From: Nitrososphaeria archaeon
Lineage (GTDB): Archaea; Thermoproteota; Nitrososphaeria; JACIWG01
Length of the DNA: 64,000 nucleotides
Direction: 5' to 3'
Assembly: GCA_050011875.1 (NCBI GenBank)
Contig: JBEKIG010000013.1
Span: 1 to 64,000 of the forward strand
A program made the position numbers and the translations under genes. How positions within the stretch are numbered: the stretch's first letter is position 1; every line of letters starts with the position of its first letter. Of the stretch, positions 19,544-29,649 are shown one piece after another. The notes under the pieces were generated by a model, which was given only the letters and a program-made list of their open reading frames with translations, did not search any database and was not told the origin of the DNA.

Positions 19544-20305
19544 CTACCGAATAACAAGGTCCAGTCCGGTCACCCCGACCCCCTCACGGACGGTCTGGTT
19601 GGTGGCGAAGTAATAGTCTGTCGTGCCGTCAGCGTACTGCCAGAAGACCTTGACTTGGTAATCCATCATGTTAGGAAGTCTTATGGAGAAAGTGGTGTTC
19701 TGCACTGCGGCCTCGAACGTTTCGCCATCTGAGGCCGTGTACACGACCTTGACCGGGGTCGCTGAAGTAATCGACTGCAGAATCGTCCCCTCGACTGCAA
19801 GGATGGTGGGCGGGGTCTCGACCTGAAGGTTGTACGACATGGCGCCCATCGAGCCTGCCGACATGTTGACCGTCAGGTCTCCTCTGTCAACGTCGCCTGT
19901 CTGCCACGAGTAGTTCCCCGCCCATCGCGCGACTACATCGTAGACTTCTCCGTTGGGGAGGTCAATGGAGAACTTCCCGTTCGAGACGGGGGCGGTAAGA
20001 TTCACGCCGGTGTTGACGTTTGTGAACATCAAGGCAACCAAGTGGGTTCCCTGACCTACGGTGGATACGAGCCCGAAGACATTGACCGTCGCAGGCGTCG
20101 GAAGCGGAGAAGTGGTCTGTGTGGTCCGAGTCCCTAAGTATCCCGTAACATCTAGGTAGAGCCCCGCACCCAACGCTGCTGCGACGATAAGTATCGCGAG
20201 GAGTGCCATCGCCATGGCCTTTCCAAGTGCCACGGGTTCGTGTGCTAACTCTGGTTCGTGAGCTCGTTGTTGTCTTTCTTTAACATTCGATTGGGGCATT
20301 GACAA
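19544..20305 (-). CDS. Membrane-anchored surface protein with two repeated beta-sandwich domains
   Basis: TM anchor; internal repeat APVSNGKFSIDLPNGEVYDVVARW / AAVQNTTFSIRLPNMMDYQVKVFW; visibly GC-richer than its flanks. Confidence 0.7.
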   Translation of the reverse strand: MSMPQSNVKERQQRAHEPELAHEPVALGKAMAMALLAILIVAAALGAGLYLDVTGYLGTRTTQTTSPLPTPATVNVFGLVSTVGQGTHLVALMFTNVNTGVNLTAPVSNGKFSIDLPNGEVYDVVARWAGNYSWQTGDVDRGDLTVNMSAGSMGAMSYNLQVETPPTILAVEGTILQSITSATPVKVVYTASDGETFEAAVQNTTFSIRLPNMMDYQVKVFWQYADGTTDYYFATNQTVREGVGVTGLDLVIR

Positions 20306-20730
20306 TCAAGTCCTCCTTTACCTGATGTAAGCAAAAGACGCCGATTTATGCATTGGGGACGGTTCTCAATCCTGAGAATTAGGCTATCAGGGACCGTACC
20401 GGTGGTTTTCTGACCCTAATTAAGTGCAGATACCTTTAGTCCGTTGGTGCTCTGTAATAGATAGACCTTCTATGCCGCATACTTTCCTAAGTCGCGGATC
20501 TTTCCACATTTGTCTAATAAGCATGCGGTCACTGGGAACGTGCTTTAGTCGCCTTACAAGATGCGCTTTGAACAATCCAAGAGGGTTTCTTTGGGGTCTT
20601 CTTGCATATTTTAGATAAATTCCCTTTCTATTTCAATGCTGATCAAGATACAACTTAGCAATTATGAATATGTCGGTCAACAATATAAGACAATACTTGT
20701 AAAATATGATCTCTAGGTAATATTAATCAA

Positions 20731-21231
20731 ATGACATCAGCGGAGATAATCGCAGTTTTGTCTTCTGCGTTAGCGATAGGTTTAGTAATTTACTGGTATA
20801 CGATGGGTGGAGAAAAAGAGAAGGAATCAAAAACAAGCGTTGCTGTAACTGAAATAAAGTATCCGATGGCCCAGGGCAGTGCCTTTGTTGAAGAAAAACC
20901 TGCGTTCTCAAACCAAGAGATAACAAATCAACCTACAGCAAGCGCTCCAATAGAAGACCCTCTTCATGCAGTTGCATCAGAAAACATCAAAATTGAAGCC
21001 GAATATATTCAGCCAGAAACCTCACGAGCGATCGTTAAGGTAGAGCCTATTGCGGGAAAAGAATCAGAGCCTGCAAAACTGCCTGAAAATGTTCAGGAAA
21101 TAGCTAAGGCACCTAAAGCCAAAGACGAGAACATAGCCAGTGGGGTACGAGCAAAAAGCACCGGCAGAAGGAGAGCCGGGGGTACCAGAAGAAAAAAAGC
21201 AGCTAGGCTGGAAACTAAAGCGCCACAATAA
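20731..21231 (+). CDS. N-terminally anchored low-complexity protein with a basic tail
   Basis: Single TM, E/P/A-rich middle, RRRAGGTRRKK end. Confidence 0.6.
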   Translation: MTSAEIIAVLSSALAIGLVIYWYTMGGEKEKESKTSVAVTEIKYPMAQGSAFVEEKPAFSNQEITNQPTASAPIEDPLHAVASENIKIEAEYIQPETSRAIVKVEPIAGKESEPAKLPENVQEIAKAPKAKDENIASGVRAKSTGRRRAGGTRRKKAARLETKAPQ

Positions 21232-21331
21232 CAAAGAATCTTAGATTAATAGCTTCCTCTTAGATACAACCTTCGATACGTATACCTCAGAAATGTAATA
21301 GACCTTGCTATGTCTTGAGAACTGCGATTGA

Positions 21332-22339
21332 TCAGGTGTGCCCTACGATCTTTTTTGGCACGTATGGTTCTTCCATGTAGGCGATGTCTTTTTCGGATAG
21401 GCTGATATCCACCGATTCGACCGCTTCTTGCACGTGCTCGGGCTTCGAAGTCCCTATGATAGGCGCTGTGGCCCCCTTCTTGAACAGCCATGCCAACGCA
21501 ATCTGAACCGGTTTCACCCCCTTGGTCTTCGCTACTTCCGCAACCCTTCTGACGATTTCAGAGTTTTCAGGAGGATCAACGTAAGGTTTTCGATACACCC
21601 CAGCAAGTCTATAGTCAGGCTGAAGCCTCATCAAATCGTTCCTGCCGATCTCAATTCTTCCACCTTCCGAATAGCGTCCGGATAGCAGGCCGGCTGCGAC
21701 GGGGTTGTACGGGATGACCCCTATGTTCTGGTCCTTGCAAAGCGGTATCATCTCCCTTTCCTCCTCCCTGTACAGCAGGTTCCACTTGTCCTGCATGCTC
21801 GTGAACTTCTCGAAGCCTCTGATTTCGCTTGTGTACAGTGCTTTTGAAAGCTGCCACGTCCACATGCTCGATGCCCCGATGTATCTGACTGTTCCACTTC
21901 TCACAAGGTCGTTTAACGTCGACAGCGTCTCCTCTATCGGTGTCTCGTAGTCCCACCTGTGTGTCTGGTAGAGGTCAATGTAATCCGTTTTAAGCCTCCT
22001 CAGAGAATCCTTCACCTGTCCCATTATGTGCTTCCTTGAAAGGCCTCGCTGGTTCGGCTTCTCCCCCATCACACTATGGACCTTTGTAGCAATTATTACA
22101 TCCTCTCGCACGTCTTTAAGAAGCTCTCCCGTTATCTCCTCAGACCTACCTAAGGAGTAGACGTTCGCAGTATCAAAGAAATTGATCCCCAAGTCGAGCG
22201 CTTTACTTACAACCTTCCTCGCATCCTCTACTTCAACCATCCATGGCTCAGCGTTTCCAAAACTCATGCAGCCAATCGCGATCGGAGACACTTTCAATCC
22301 TGACCAGCCTAATCTAACATACTTCATATCGTTCAACAA
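21332..22339 (-). CDS. Aldo/keto reductase (AKR9/YajO-like), copy 2
   Basis: Same motifs as 7325-8341, with long identical stretches. Confidence 0.95.
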   Translation of the reverse strand: MLNDMKYVRLGWSGLKVSPIAIGCMSFGNAEPWMVEVEDARKVVSKALDLGINFFDTANVYSLGRSEEITGELLKDVREDVIIATKVHSVMGEKPNQRGLSRKHIMGQVKDSLRRLKTDYIDLYQTHRWDYETPIEETLSTLNDLVRSGTVRYIGASSMWTWQLSKALYTSEIRGFEKFTSMQDKWNLLYREEEREMIPLCKDQNIGVIPYNPVAAGLLSGRYSEGGRIEIGRNDLMRLQPDYRLAGVYRKPYVDPPENSEIVRRVAEVAKTKGVKPVQIALAWLFKKGATAPIIGTSKPEHVQEAVESVDISLSEKDIAYMEEPYVPKKIVGHT

Positions 22340-22501
22340 GCCTTCTAACCGCGTTCTTTCTTAAAAGGATTTGCTGAACTTTTTCAATGATGCAACTGAG
22401 ATAATAACTGAAGTAATATTGAACCATCTATTCATTATCAGAAGTAATATAGAATCTATTCTTATATGTTTCATCCACATGTAGTTATTGTTTCTGATAG
22501 G

Positions 22502-23428
22502 TTAATATCCGAGAATTAAAAGCCAAACATTCAGATATATTCCCGCTAAAAGGGATGAAATAAGAAGCAAAGAGGCCATCTTATCTTTGTAAAAATTGTA
22601 GCGTTCGCAGAAGACGATCATAGGTATTGCCAGCGGTGTACCGTGCATTATTACGATCGCAGTCACTTCTATCCTACTTAAATTGGCCAGAGTAGCGATT
22701 ATCAAGGCTATAGTGGGCAGAAGGGCCATTCTAAGAAGACTCAGTTTGAAGCCACTAGCAAGTTCTCTGAACTTTCTTCCATAAAAAAATACTCCAAGTA
22801 GGAAGGTGGCAACAGGAACGGTGGTTGCTCCTAACAAGTTTAAAGGATTCAATATGGGGACAGGAACCGTAATCCTCGAAACAGAAAGGATAATGCCAAA
22901 GAGGACTGAGACCACTACAGGGTTCTTTGAGAGACCCTTCAACACCCGCCTTGAGCTTTCAAGTTTGTCTGATCCCTGTATGTTATAGGATTCTAGGAAG
23001 GTCATGGTAACCGGAATTGCTAAAATGGAAATGGAGGCCGCTGAAAGCATGGCGAGGGATTCCGCCCCAGGGAAGGCGAAGTCCATGAACGGTATTCCAA
23101 AGAACAGTAAATTACCAAAGACGGTGCTCAGAACGAGAAGGTAGAAGGTTCCCCTAGAAAATTTAAACAGCATTCGTAGAAGGCTAAAAATTACTAATAC
23201 AATTAATATGGGTATCACTCCGGCTAATAGGAAGATGAAGTTCACTTGAGTGAAATTGATCTGAGAAAGATTGCTCACAAAAAAGGATGGAAGGGCAAAA
23301 TAGAATACGAAGGACATAAGAACCCGTTCATCTCCTTCCTTCAGCAGGCCTCCCTTTCTTGATATGAAACCTAATCCTATTAGAATTAGAAATGGTATTG
23401 TAGTATTAAATGCTATGTCTAAATCCAT
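22502..23428 (-). CDS. AEC (auxin efflux carrier/malate permease) family transporter
   Basis: FVFYFALP, FGNLLFFGIP, KNPVV, GATTVPVA.F.LG, P.AI motifs. Confidence 0.85.
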   Translation of the reverse strand: MDLDIAFNTTIPFLILIGLGFISRKGGLLKEGDERVLMSFVFYFALPSFFVSNLSQINFTQVNFIFLLAGVIPILIVLVIFSLLRMLFKFSRGTFYLLVLSTVFGNLLFFGIPFMDFAFPGAESLAMLSAASISILAIPVTMTFLESYNIQGSDKLESSRRVLKGLSKNPVVVSVLFGIILSVSRITVPVPILNPLNLLGATTVPVATFLLGVFFYGRKFRELASGFKLSLLRMALLPTIALIIATLANLSRIEVTAIVIMHGTPLAIPMIVFCERYNFYKDKMASLLLISSLLAGIYLNVWLLILGY

Positions 23429-24029
23429 CTATTTTTCATTGGATGAAGCATTAAATAACGACAATTTGAACCTTTCCAACACATTCATCTAATAGGTTTA
23501 GTGTAGGGGTGAGCTTTCAAATTTGACTTTAAGCTTCAATTAAGTATAGTGCATCGACTTTCTAACAAGTTTAGCTTGTTTTGAAATGATTAATAACTAC
23601 TATATAGCACTATCCATAACGAAAGAAAGAGAAGTAGTTAAAGGATAAAAATTATCGACATCAAGGCATACATTGTTGGCACAGGGTGTGCAGTTAGTTG
23701 GGTGTTCGTGAAGCTTTTCACTGAGAATCCTAAAATCTCGTTAGTGCCGTATAGAAAGATATAAGAAAATTAATTTCAGCTGTCCATCAATAGAAATTAT
23801 TGCTGATGTCCATTTTTTGCTGAGCATTTCTTGAATGGTTTCTCTCAGACTCTCACTAATGATAAACTCTCTCTTCTTCAAGGTTCAATTATGCTCGCTT
23901 AATGGCCTCCTTATTGTTTTCACGACTATCATTATGTAAACAAGCTGTGGTAAGTGAAAACTGCGTTTACTATCCCAAATTTAGCGAAGTGGTTTATAGA
24001 TTTCCAAAAGTGTTTATAGTTGACTTTGA

Positions 24030-25730
24030 TTGCGCATAAATGTTGCAACCAAGGTAGTCGCAATGGATACACCTGACAGTAAACATTTAACATATCGGTT
24101 TAATGTTTCAATTAACAAAGATGTATTAGTATATGTTGTGTTTATTGTCCTCTTGATTCTAAATATTTGGGTGTTTCTGGAAGCTAACTACCTATCTTTT
24201 TTGCAAAAAAATCAACCCTACGACTTTTATAGCATATTAAGGGCTTCAAGTCAGGTCTGGACAAAACCAAATGATGTGTATGTCTTCTGGAATACGGTAC
24301 AGTTACCTTCTTTCTGGCAGAAATGGTGTTGGTCCGGATCGGATTATGCATACACTCCGATGTTCGCTGCATTATTATCCCCTTTATCCGCACTGTTCCC
24401 TACAAGTGCAAAAATTATTTGGGAAGTCATTTCATTATTTGCCGTCACAATCGCTGGATTCATATCCTTAAAGATGTTTAAGGGCTTTAAAACTAGACTA
24501 TTTTTTCTATTAATGATCTTCATAATGCCCTTCCAACTTCTCTATTTTGGACAGGCCATATCACAGTACCCTTTGTTACCGCAGAATTTGGCTATGACGA
24601 TATCCCCTGTTTACTTTACAGAATATTTTTGGGGGGATACGAATGTCCTGATCCTTTTATTTGGACTTCTATCCATTTGGTGTTCAACTTTCAGTACGGT
24701 AAAGATCCCCTTTCTGGGAAAGATCAGGAATAACGAATGGCAGGTGCCTGGCTATGTCCTCAGTTCATTATTTCTGGCGTTAGGGTCATTCCAGGCAACG
24801 GTGTTGCTTTTTTATTTTCCCTTCTGGTTGCTATTAAACTGGTTTATATTAAACAGAAAAAATTTGATAAAGGCCATCGCATACTTTGCCGCTTTCGTGG
24901 TCATGCTTAACTTCATAATATTTATTCACCCAACACTTTTTTCTGGTTATGCGAACAGTTTCACAGAACTGTTTAATTATTTAATCAATTACCGTTATGC
25001 AAACCTCTATTCTTTTGCCACTGCTTCAGGGCCTTCTTTGCAAGATTTCATCAGAAACAACATCTACAGTTATGTTTGGATATTCACCCTCCCTTTAGCA
25101 AGTATATTCACTCTATGGAATAACAGAAAGGGTGGAATACGGTTAAAGCCGTATAGCATCTTAGGGGCAACCCTTTTCTCAGCCGGCTTCGGGCTTTCGG
25201 CGTATATATTCACCGTTGTGCAGATACTTAATTCTTATCCTTTCTACCCCTCTCTTTCCCCCGATATATTCGGGGGAGATCTAGTATCCAAAAGTTTACC
25301 TTTAACACTTACCCAAACATTAGAAGTCGGTGTTGTCTTGGCATCCGTCGGTCTTTTCATTTGGAAGGCTTCATCTTTGGGAAAGCTTAACGGTGGCGCC
25401 ATCCTTTGCGCTTTTGGCTTCACATTGCTCGTCATAGGGGCTATGGGAGCAGCTATCGTTTACACTGAAATTCATCTCGTTTGGGGAGAACTTTGGCTCG
25501 GATTCACCGTATGGAAGTTTTGGTGGAGCCTCCCTGCTGGTGGTGGGGGTTGGCCTTGGGGTACGTGGCGTGTGGCTTATAACACCTGTTTTATCAAAGC
25601 CTGGAATTTTACTGAGGCAGATCCCAACTGTATCTTTATGAATTACAATGATGTGCTGTACATTTCTATCCTGATGGTGATCATCGGTTTTATCCTCTTT
25701 AGGCACTATGCCCGAAATAGAAAAAGCTAG
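24030..25730 (+). CDS. GT-C fold glycosyltransferase (GT87/DUF2029-like) membrane protein with a C-terminal extension
   Basis: DFYSI..AS, YAYTP.FA.LLSPL, G.TNVLIL; many TMs. Confidence 0.6.
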   Translation: MRINVATKVVAMDTPDSKHLTYRFNVSINKDVLVYVVFIVLLILNIWVFLEANYLSFLQKNQPYDFYSILRASSQVWTKPNDVYVFWNTVQLPSFWQKWCWSGSDYAYTPMFAALLSPLSALFPTSAKIIWEVISLFAVTIAGFISLKMFKGFKTRLFFLLMIFIMPFQLLYFGQAISQYPLLPQNLAMTISPVYFTEYFWGDTNVLILLFGLLSIWCSTFSTVKIPFLGKIRNNEWQVPGYVLSSLFLALGSFQATVLLFYFPFWLLLNWFILNRKNLIKAIAYFAAFVVMLNFIIFIHPTLFSGYANSFTELFNYLINYRYANLYSFATASGPSLQDFIRNNIYSYVWIFTLPLASIFTLWNNRKGGIRLKPYSILGATLFSAGFGLSAYIFTVVQILNSYPFYPSLSPDIFGGDLVSKSLPLTLTQTLEVGVVLASVGLFIWKASSLGKLNGGAILCAFGFTLLVIGAMGAAIVYTEIHLVWGELWLGFTVWKFWWSLPAGGGGWPWGTWRVAYNTCFIKAWNFTEADPNCIFMNYNDVLYISILMVIIGFILFRHYARNRKS

Positions 25731-26193
25731 AAATCAACTAGCCCGCTATATTCTTTTTTACGCTCTTCTCTAAGTGTATGAAGGAAGATAACGCCCAGGA
25801 AGGAAGTTATCAAGATGATTTCTATTAATGGAGCCATTCAACATCACTTCTTGTGTATTTGAATATGTTGTAATTTATTAAAAGGTTTTTCAGAATTATA
25901 CCAAAATGTACTCCTAATGTTAGACAAATTATATCTGGTCAAATTACATGGAATGAATAAACAATCTACCATACGTCAAAGAATGAAAAAGGAAAAAATT
26001 ATCTTTTTAAATCTTCCTTCAAAAACATAGACACCTTAAATCCCTTTTTCTTCATTCCGACAGGACAGCTTGGGTTTGTTTGAAAGAGCAAAAGCATCTA
26101 AGACGTCTTTAACACTTTTTCCACTGAACTACCAGTGCCGAAAATAATTGTCATTGTTATGGTTGCTCTTGCTTATACTGATTATTTTAGCTA

Positions 26194-27240
26194 TTATTTA
26201 ACGATGTGAGGGTATATACCATATTTTCTTGTGGCGTCGATCATCGCTTTGAAGTTGTCAACTTTAACTGCGTTGTGGATTGAGTTACTGGAGCTGAGTA
26301 TATATCCGCCACCACTCGCTGCTTCACCTATACATCTTTTAACTTCGTTAACTGTTTCCTCGATTGTGCCAAATGGGAGCACATTAGTAACATCCACATT
26401 ACCGATTATGCATATGACTTCACCATATTTGTCTTTGACATCTTTAAGGCTCATATTTGCTCGGGGCTCTATTGGATGTAAAGCATCTATTCCTGTACCA
26501 ATCAAGTCTTCCAAGATAGGGTAAATGTAACCGTCTGTATGTTTGATGAAAGGTATTCCTTTTTTATGTACAGCATCGACAATTTTTTTCAAACCGGGTG
26601 CTATTAATTCTCTAAAGTGTTTAGGTGCCATCATTGGCCCTTGCTTATAGGCATAGTCATCGCCTGATATTATCGCATCTACTCCAATATCAATCATTGC
26701 TTTAGCTAATTCTATATTAAAATTTACAGCAGCGTCTATTAGTTTTTTTACAAAGCTCGGATTCCTGTACAAGTCTATAAGAAAATTACTTACACCCCTC
26801 ATTTGTGAAGGGATTTCATAGCCATCATGAATGCCACCAACAACCGCAAGTTGATCCTTATTGTTACTTATCACTTGGTGCAGTCTATCCAGCCGACTAT
26901 AATCATATGGATTAGGTGGAGAAAATTTTTCAAAATCTTCGATAGAATTTATTGTACCATTAATGTAATAAGTAACATCGTTTGTACTAGTTTTCCAAAT
27001 TCTAGCCCAATCATCGATGAAGCTTTTAGCATCAAGATACTTTACGGGTACAGGAACATCCCAAAAGTTTATTCCATCTAACCCAAATTTGCTGTAAACT
27101 TCATAAAAGTCCATAGCACCATTAGGATTTCTACCAAGTATTTCTTTTACCACAGGTTTGTTTATTTCAATTTCAAAAAGAGGAACAATATCCGGCTCCT
27201 CTCCGTATAGTGCTTCAAGCAATCTTTCGCGAGGAGTCAT
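26194..27240 (-). CDS. Uroporphyrinogen decarboxylase / MtaA-CmuA methyltransferase family protein
   Basis: MTPRERLL.AL..EPD.VP, GDDYA, KHTDG, GNVDV, GGGYILSSSNSI. Confidence 0.9.
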   Translation of the reverse strand: MTPRERLLEALYGEEPDIVPLFEIEINKPVVKEILGRNPNGAMDFYEVYSKFGLDGINFWDVPVPVKYLDAKSFIDDWARIWKTSTNDVTYYINGTINSIEDFEKFSPPNPYDYSRLDRLHQVISNNKDQLAVVGGIHDGYEIPSQMRGVSNFLIDLYRNPSFVKKLIDAAVNFNIELAKAMIDIGVDAIISGDDYAYKQGPMMAPKHFRELIAPGLKKIVDAVHKKGIPFIKHTDGYIYPILEDLIGTGIDALHPIEPRANMSLKDVKDKYGEVICIIGNVDVTNVLPFGTIEETVNEVKRCIGEAASGGGYILSSSNSIHNAVKVDNFKAMIDATRKYGIYPHIVK

Positions 27241-27309
27241 TTAACTAATCAGCTCCAAAATATAAAAAATTTTCCATTCTGCAATTCAGCTCCGATTCAC
27301 AAATGATCT

Positions 27310-27621
27310 TTACCAATATGTTGTAATGGTAGGTTTTTCTAGGAGAATTGCTTTGGTTTCATTTGGTTCAAGTGTTTTTCGGGTACTTATTTTGTAGTGC
27401 CAGTCAAAACAGCACCATCTGAGGAGTTTGATTTGCTTTCCTTTTACTTTCATAGGTAAAATCTTTTTTGGTGTTCTTTTTGAAAATCCAATTAATTCTA
27501 CGGTTATGATACATTTCTTCCAAAGGTTTCCTTGTTCATCCTTCTTCTTTTCGTCTGTCTTTTCAATGTTTGTAACCCTTCCTTGCAGTCTCTCTTGTCT
27601 TCCTTTTACTTTTTTTGACAT
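27310..27621 (-). CDS. Small basic hypothetical protein
   Basis: Clean 103 aa ORF with W/C motifs (WKKC, RWCCFDWH). Confidence 0.65.
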   Translation of the reverse strand: MSKKVKGRQERLQGRVTNIEKTDEKKKDEQGNLWKKCIITVELIGFSKRTPKKILPMKVKGKQIKLLRWCCFDWHYKISTRKTLEPNETKAILLEKPTITTYW

Positions 27622-27824
27622 TATTTTCTAAAGTAAACTAGCGTATTCTTCTATTTATTTCTTTACCCTTATGGGTTCAAATTTTATTAATATGACCTTC
27701 TCAAAACGCTATTCGTGATTGGCCTGAAAGTAATTTTGTTTTAGGTGATTTTACGGAAATAAACAAGCGTCATTAGGTACGTATTCCTATTTCAATCTTG
27801 TCAAAAGATAGGAGTTGATGACAC

Positions 27825-28631
27825 TCAGCCAAGTCCAGCAACGTAAGACTTGACAGAACCCCCATACATGTAAAATCCTTTATATGGTATGATAACTGGT
27901 TTTATATCCGGGTTTCTTTCCAATAATCGGACGAATTCTTTGGGGTCTATTGTTCTATCGGCAAAGCAGTCGTAATGGCATGGGATGACGATCTTTGGTT
28001 TTATGAATTTGGTAACCATATATGCATCTTCGGGGATTCTTCCCTTTACATCACCTATTATTGGTACTATTGCGATATCCGGGGACGCCTCCTTTATAGG
28101 ATTCAGAAGTACTTCAGGTTCTTTCGCTATTTCTCTATCGGAGTCTCCCATACTGTATACCTTTGAATTCTTAATTTGGAATAGATAACCAAAATGTGTC
28201 GTATCCGCTTTCTCAGGAGGAATAGAGTAGTATGCTGTCGCTGTAAAATCTTCTGCGATATAGGGGCGATTAACTTCGAGTGCTATCAAGCGGTCTCTGT
28301 TGATACCCAAATCTGCAAGATGTTCGCAAGACTCACGAGGACCTAAAAATATTGTTTCTAAATGATTTTTGGCAATTATTGGTAGGGCTTTAGGGTCCGT
28401 ATGATCTCCATGATCATGGGTGCAAAATATGTAATCGACTTTTAAATCTTCAGGTTCTACTGGTGGCTTGGAATGAACATAACTGTGTCCTTTATCCCTT
28501 GAGAGATATGGGTCAATCGCGATACTTGTTCTAGGGGTTATCTTAATTACGTATGAGTTTTGGCCTAACCAGAATATGGCAAACTGATTACTTTCAAGTT
28601 TCAAGCTTTTAATTCTATCTATTATACTCAT
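27825..28631 (-). CDS. MBL-fold metallo-hydrolase (UlaG-like)
   Basis: WLGQ, IDPYLS, THDHGDHTD, MGDS, IPCHYD. Confidence 0.9.
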   Translation of the reverse strand: MSIIDRIKSLKLESNQFAIFWLGQNSYVIKITPRTSIAIDPYLSRDKGHSYVHSKPPVEPEDLKVDYIFCTHDHGDHTDPKALPIIAKNHLETIFLGPRESCEHLADLGINRDRLIALEVNRPYIAEDFTATAYYSIPPEKADTTHFGYLFQIKNSKVYSMGDSDREIAKEPEVLLNPIKEASPDIAIVPIIGDVKGRIPEDAYMVTKFIKPKIVIPCHYDCFADRTIDPKEFVRLLERNPDIKPVIIPYKGFYMYGGSVKSYVAGLG

Positions 28632-28816
28632 ACCACATATCTTATGGAAATGCTATAAAAGTTATTATACGGATATTTCTATATATTATTAACTTCAAAG
28701 AGTAAAATTGAAAAAAGCTCTTTTATGCTCTCAAATCGTCTTGATGCTTTTAACACTATGTGCTGGTGTTGGAAAGGCTGAGGTCAAAGCAGGTGACCAG
28801 AGACTGTTGGGAAGGC

Positions 28817-29443
28817 TCACATATATTCGCAAATAGAGCATAAAGGAACGATTACTTCAACATTCCCGTCAACAGTTATTTCGTTTGGTTTATCAAGAGT
28901 TATTTTATATTCTCCTAATTTACAAAAATGATTTTCAAATGCTTCTAAAATATTTTTATTTGAAATTTGCTGATTCAAATCTTCCCTCAATTTTATGATT
29001 TCAGCATTTTCTGTCTCACTTGATTTGTTTTTTTCCAAATATTCTCTAACATTTGATAATGTTAATTCAATGTTGTCAGACCTAAGGATAACTCGAGGGA
29101 TACGATAAATGCGATTAATGTCTTCTTTATTTTTTTCAGCATATGATAAAAGAAAATCTAAATGGGGTATTAATCCGTAATATTCCATAGGGTCGTGTTT
29201 TAGAGTATCATAACCAAGAACTAGGTAAGGGTTTCCTTCTGTTTCTTTCAGAACATTCTCAATGTAGTTTTTATAGTTATCAACTTCATGATTTAATTGG
29301 TCCTGTGTTTCTTTGATTTTAGTCGTTAATTCATTTATTATGTCATCGTATATTTTTTTTAGCTCTTCTTCTTTTCTTCCGCAAACATAACATTTATAAT
29401 CGTTTTTAATATGGATTGCAACAACTTTTTCTACCATATCCAA
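28817..29443 (-). CDS. Hypothetical protein with terminal CxxC pairs and coiled coils
   Basis: CYVC near the N-terminus, CSIC at the C-terminus; AT-rich. Confidence 0.6.
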   Translation of the reverse strand: MDMVEKVVAIHIKNDYKCYVCGRKEEELKKIYDDIINELTTKIKETQDQLNHEVDNYKNYIENVLKETEGNPYLVLGYDTLKHDPMEYYGLIPHLDFLLSYAEKNKEDINRIYRIPRVILRSDNIELTLSNVREYLEKNKSSETENAEIIKLREDLNQQISNKNILEAFENHFCKLGEYKITLDKPNEITVDGNVEVIVPLCSICEYM

Positions 29444-29649
29444 ACGCTATCTGTGGATACTAATTTAACTGACTAATATTTAATCTTTCAATCAATTACG
29501 CCAGATGTAAGTGATTCAGTCACATTAAAATAATTTTAAAATAATAAATCTGTCTGTGCGCGACGATATAAAACAATTTATATCTTGGAGTGTTCAAAAT
29601 CTTCTTGGTTTAGGAGGTCTGAATTACGTCTAAAGAAAGCCAGAAATCC

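Noticed and set aside
7263-21491. Alternative-frame ORFs conserved in both AKR copies (MAVQEGGHSAY...)
   Set aside because: Similarity follows from the DNA duplication; they are shadow frames of the AKR genes
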